From an uncultured Nitrospiraceae bacterium (GTDB taxonomy: Bacteria > Nitrospirota > Thermodesulfovibrionia > Thermodesulfovibrionales > SM23-35): a stretch of DNA of 64,000 nt. Each line of letters begins with the position of its first letter. Position 1 is the first letter of the stretch. The stretch spans positions 59,392-123,391 of the forward strand of contig CAVRZG010000008.1 in NCBI GenBank assembly GCA_963725545.1. Reading direction: 5' to 3'. A program made the translations under genes and the position numbers. Of this stretch, positions 62,694 through 64,000 are shown in pieces. The notes under the pieces were generated by a model, which saw only the letters and a program-made list of their open reading frames with translations, was not told the origin of the DNA and did not search any database.

Positions 62694-63866
62694 ATGGCAG
62701 AAGAAAGCATAAAGATTGCGGGATATTCAGCAATACTGAATGTGACACTCGTAATCACCAAGGCAGTTCTTGCATTTCTTACAGGGAGCACCGCGTTATT
62801 GGCAGAAACAATACATAGTCTCACGGATCTGCTTAGCAGCCTTTTGGTTTTAGGGGGAATAAAACTATCGAGAAAACAAAATCCGTCATTTCCCTGGGGT
62901 CTCTATAAGGTCGAAAACATTGCTGCAATAGTCTCAGCCTTCTTTATCTTCCTTATGGCATACGAAATAGGGAAAGACGTTTTTCTTTCCGACGCAAAGC
63001 AGATTAGGCATATCAATTTAACAATAATTATCATGTTATTTATGACCTTTCCGATTTTTATTTTTACACAGTATGAAAAAAGAAAAGCGGCCGCATTGAA
63101 TTCTCCAAGCCTTGTGGCTGACGCAAAACACTGGTTTACAGATATTGCATCCATGGGAGTTGTAACAGCAGGACTTGCGGGATTATATGTTTATCCCTAT
63201 GCAGATAAAATAGCGGCTGTTTTTGTCATTGCATTTGTTTTAAAGACCGGCTTCAGTATTGTTAAGGTTTCAATGAAGAGTCTCCTTGATGCATCTGTGG
63301 ATGCGAAGACACTTGAAAAGATAAAAGGGATCCTCAAAAGTTTCAGTGAGGTGGAAGAAGTAAAGTCACTGAATGCAAGAAATTCCGGGAGTTTCATTTT
63401 TGTCCATCTCGATATAAGGCTTTCTATAAAGAAGCTTGAAGAGGCTCATCAACTGGCAGACATGGTCGAAAGCGCTATAAGAAAAGATATTCCATTTGTT
63501 GAACGCGTAAGTATTCATTATGAGCCTACAAAGAGAGAATATACACAATATGCTGTGCCACTTAACAGTAAAGAAGGGGAAATTTCCGGACATTTCGGAA
63601 GTGCCCCTTTTATAGGGATTTGGAATAAAAACATCAATGATGACGATATATTGTCGCAACAGGTATTGAACAATCCTTTTTTACAAATAGAAAAGGGGAA
63701 AGGAATCAAGCTCGCAGAATTTCTTATTGAAAAGGGAGCAAATGTTCTTTACATCAAGAAGCCTTTTGAAGGTAAAGGGCCTGAATATGTCTTTTCGAAT
63801 TCTGATGTAGAGGTACGGATAACCGATAAGGAAACAATGAATCGACTTATGCATGATATACTCTAA
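62694..63866 (+). CDS. Cation diffusion facilitator (CDF) transporter fused to a C-terminal NifX/NifB-like (Nitro_FeMo-Co-type) domain
   Basis: Six TM helices with HSLTDL (TM2) and HWFTDI (TM5) metal-site motifs; CDF cytoplasmic domain (..FVHLDI......L.EAH.LAD.VE..I..); then YAVPLNSKEGEISGHFGSAPFIGIW......I......NPF......GKGIKLAEFLIEKGANVLY. Confidence 0.8.
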   Translation: MAEESIKIAGYSAILNVTLVITKAVLAFLTGSTALLAETIHSLTDLLSSLLVLGGIKLSRKQNPSFPWGLYKVENIAAIVSAFFIFLMAYEIGKDVFLSDAKQIRHINLTIIIMLFMTFPIFIFTQYEKRKAAALNSPSLVADAKHWFTDIASMGVVTAGLAGLYVYPYADKIAAVFVIAFVLKTGFSIVKVSMKSLLDASVDAKTLEKIKGILKSFSEVEEVKSLNARNSGSFIFVHLDIRLSIKKLEEAHQLADMVESAIRKDIPFVERVSIHYEPTKREYTQYAVPLNSKEGEISGHFGSAPFIGIWNKNINDDDILSQQVLNNPFLQIEKGKGIKLAEFLIEKGANVLYIKKPFEGKGPEYVFSNSDVEVRITDKETMNRLMHDIL

Positions 63867-63894
63867 TCAATAAATCTACTAAGGTGTAAAAACC

Positions 63895-64000
63895 ATGAAA
63901 ATCGAAGAATGTCATATTTATGAGATAGTAAAAAACAATCTTCCGGTAGGATTTACATTGGTTGATGAAGAAGGTATGATTATCGACTTTAACTCCCAAG
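63895..64000 (+). CDS. 3'-truncated ORF, possibly the start of a PAS-domain sensor protein
   Basis: MKIEECHIYEIVKNNLPVGFTLVDEEGMIIDFNSQ resembles the first PAS strand region (..lp.G....D..G.I..fN). Only 35 codons lie inside the window. Confidence 0.35.
   Translation, partial: MKIEECHIYEIVKNNLPVGFTLVDEEGMIIDFNSQ

Overview
This 64-kb window comes from a diderm bacterium, since it encodes BamA, TamB and a TonB-dependent receptor. I count about 50 protein genes and recognised no rRNA, tRNA, CRISPR array, transposase or integrase.

Gene content by region:
- nt 1-18430: an accessory cluster of Sec-secreted proteins. It holds a 5'-truncated helical-repeat protein, a ~1865-aa beta-helix/Ig-domain giant, three tandem two-cupredoxin multicopper-oxidase (MCO) paralogues, an S8 subtilase and a small secreted protein.
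- nt 18.5-35.4 kb: housekeeping genes. These are rpmE, a DUF1385 gene, prfA, a DsbC-like gene, pheS-rplT-rpmI-infC-thrS, def-fmt, a DUF116 gene, a PASTA protein, rpe, a TPR protein, pgsA, a DUF512 gene, a lytic transglycosylase, nadA and a DUF1992 gene.
- nt 35.5-43 kb: a secreted protein with an IPTL-type sorting motif, then two cobalamin riboswitches controlling cobU-cobT-cobS-cobC and a BtuB-like receptor.
- nt 43-52.7 kb: a glycan-modification block. It holds UDP-xylose synthase, a GT4 glycosyltransferase, a radical-SAM/SPASM enzyme, three methyltransferases, a SPINDLY-like transferase and an epimerase.
- nt 52.8-64 kb: a phosphoketolase remnant with ackA, a SurA-like gene with bamA and tamB, and a CDF transporter fused to a NifX-like domain.

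Most interesting signal: the copper ligands of a single MCO active site are divided between two adjacent genes. The N-terminal domain of MCO-A carries the T1 site plus four trinuclear-cluster His. The C-terminal domain of MCO-B carries the other four His. The third paralogue has lost every ligand and instead carries surface-display repeats. This pattern fits a heterotrimeric six-domain oxidase with one active interface.

A ~98-aa 'GGENW' module is shared by three proteins of the cluster. In one pair the DNA is almost identical, which suggests gene conversion.

Caveat: at least 11 single-nucleotide frameshifts, almost all +1, interrupt conserved housekeeping genes (prfA, thrS, fmt, nadA, tamB). 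Consensus quality or real gene decay must be resolved before any pseudogene call is trusted.
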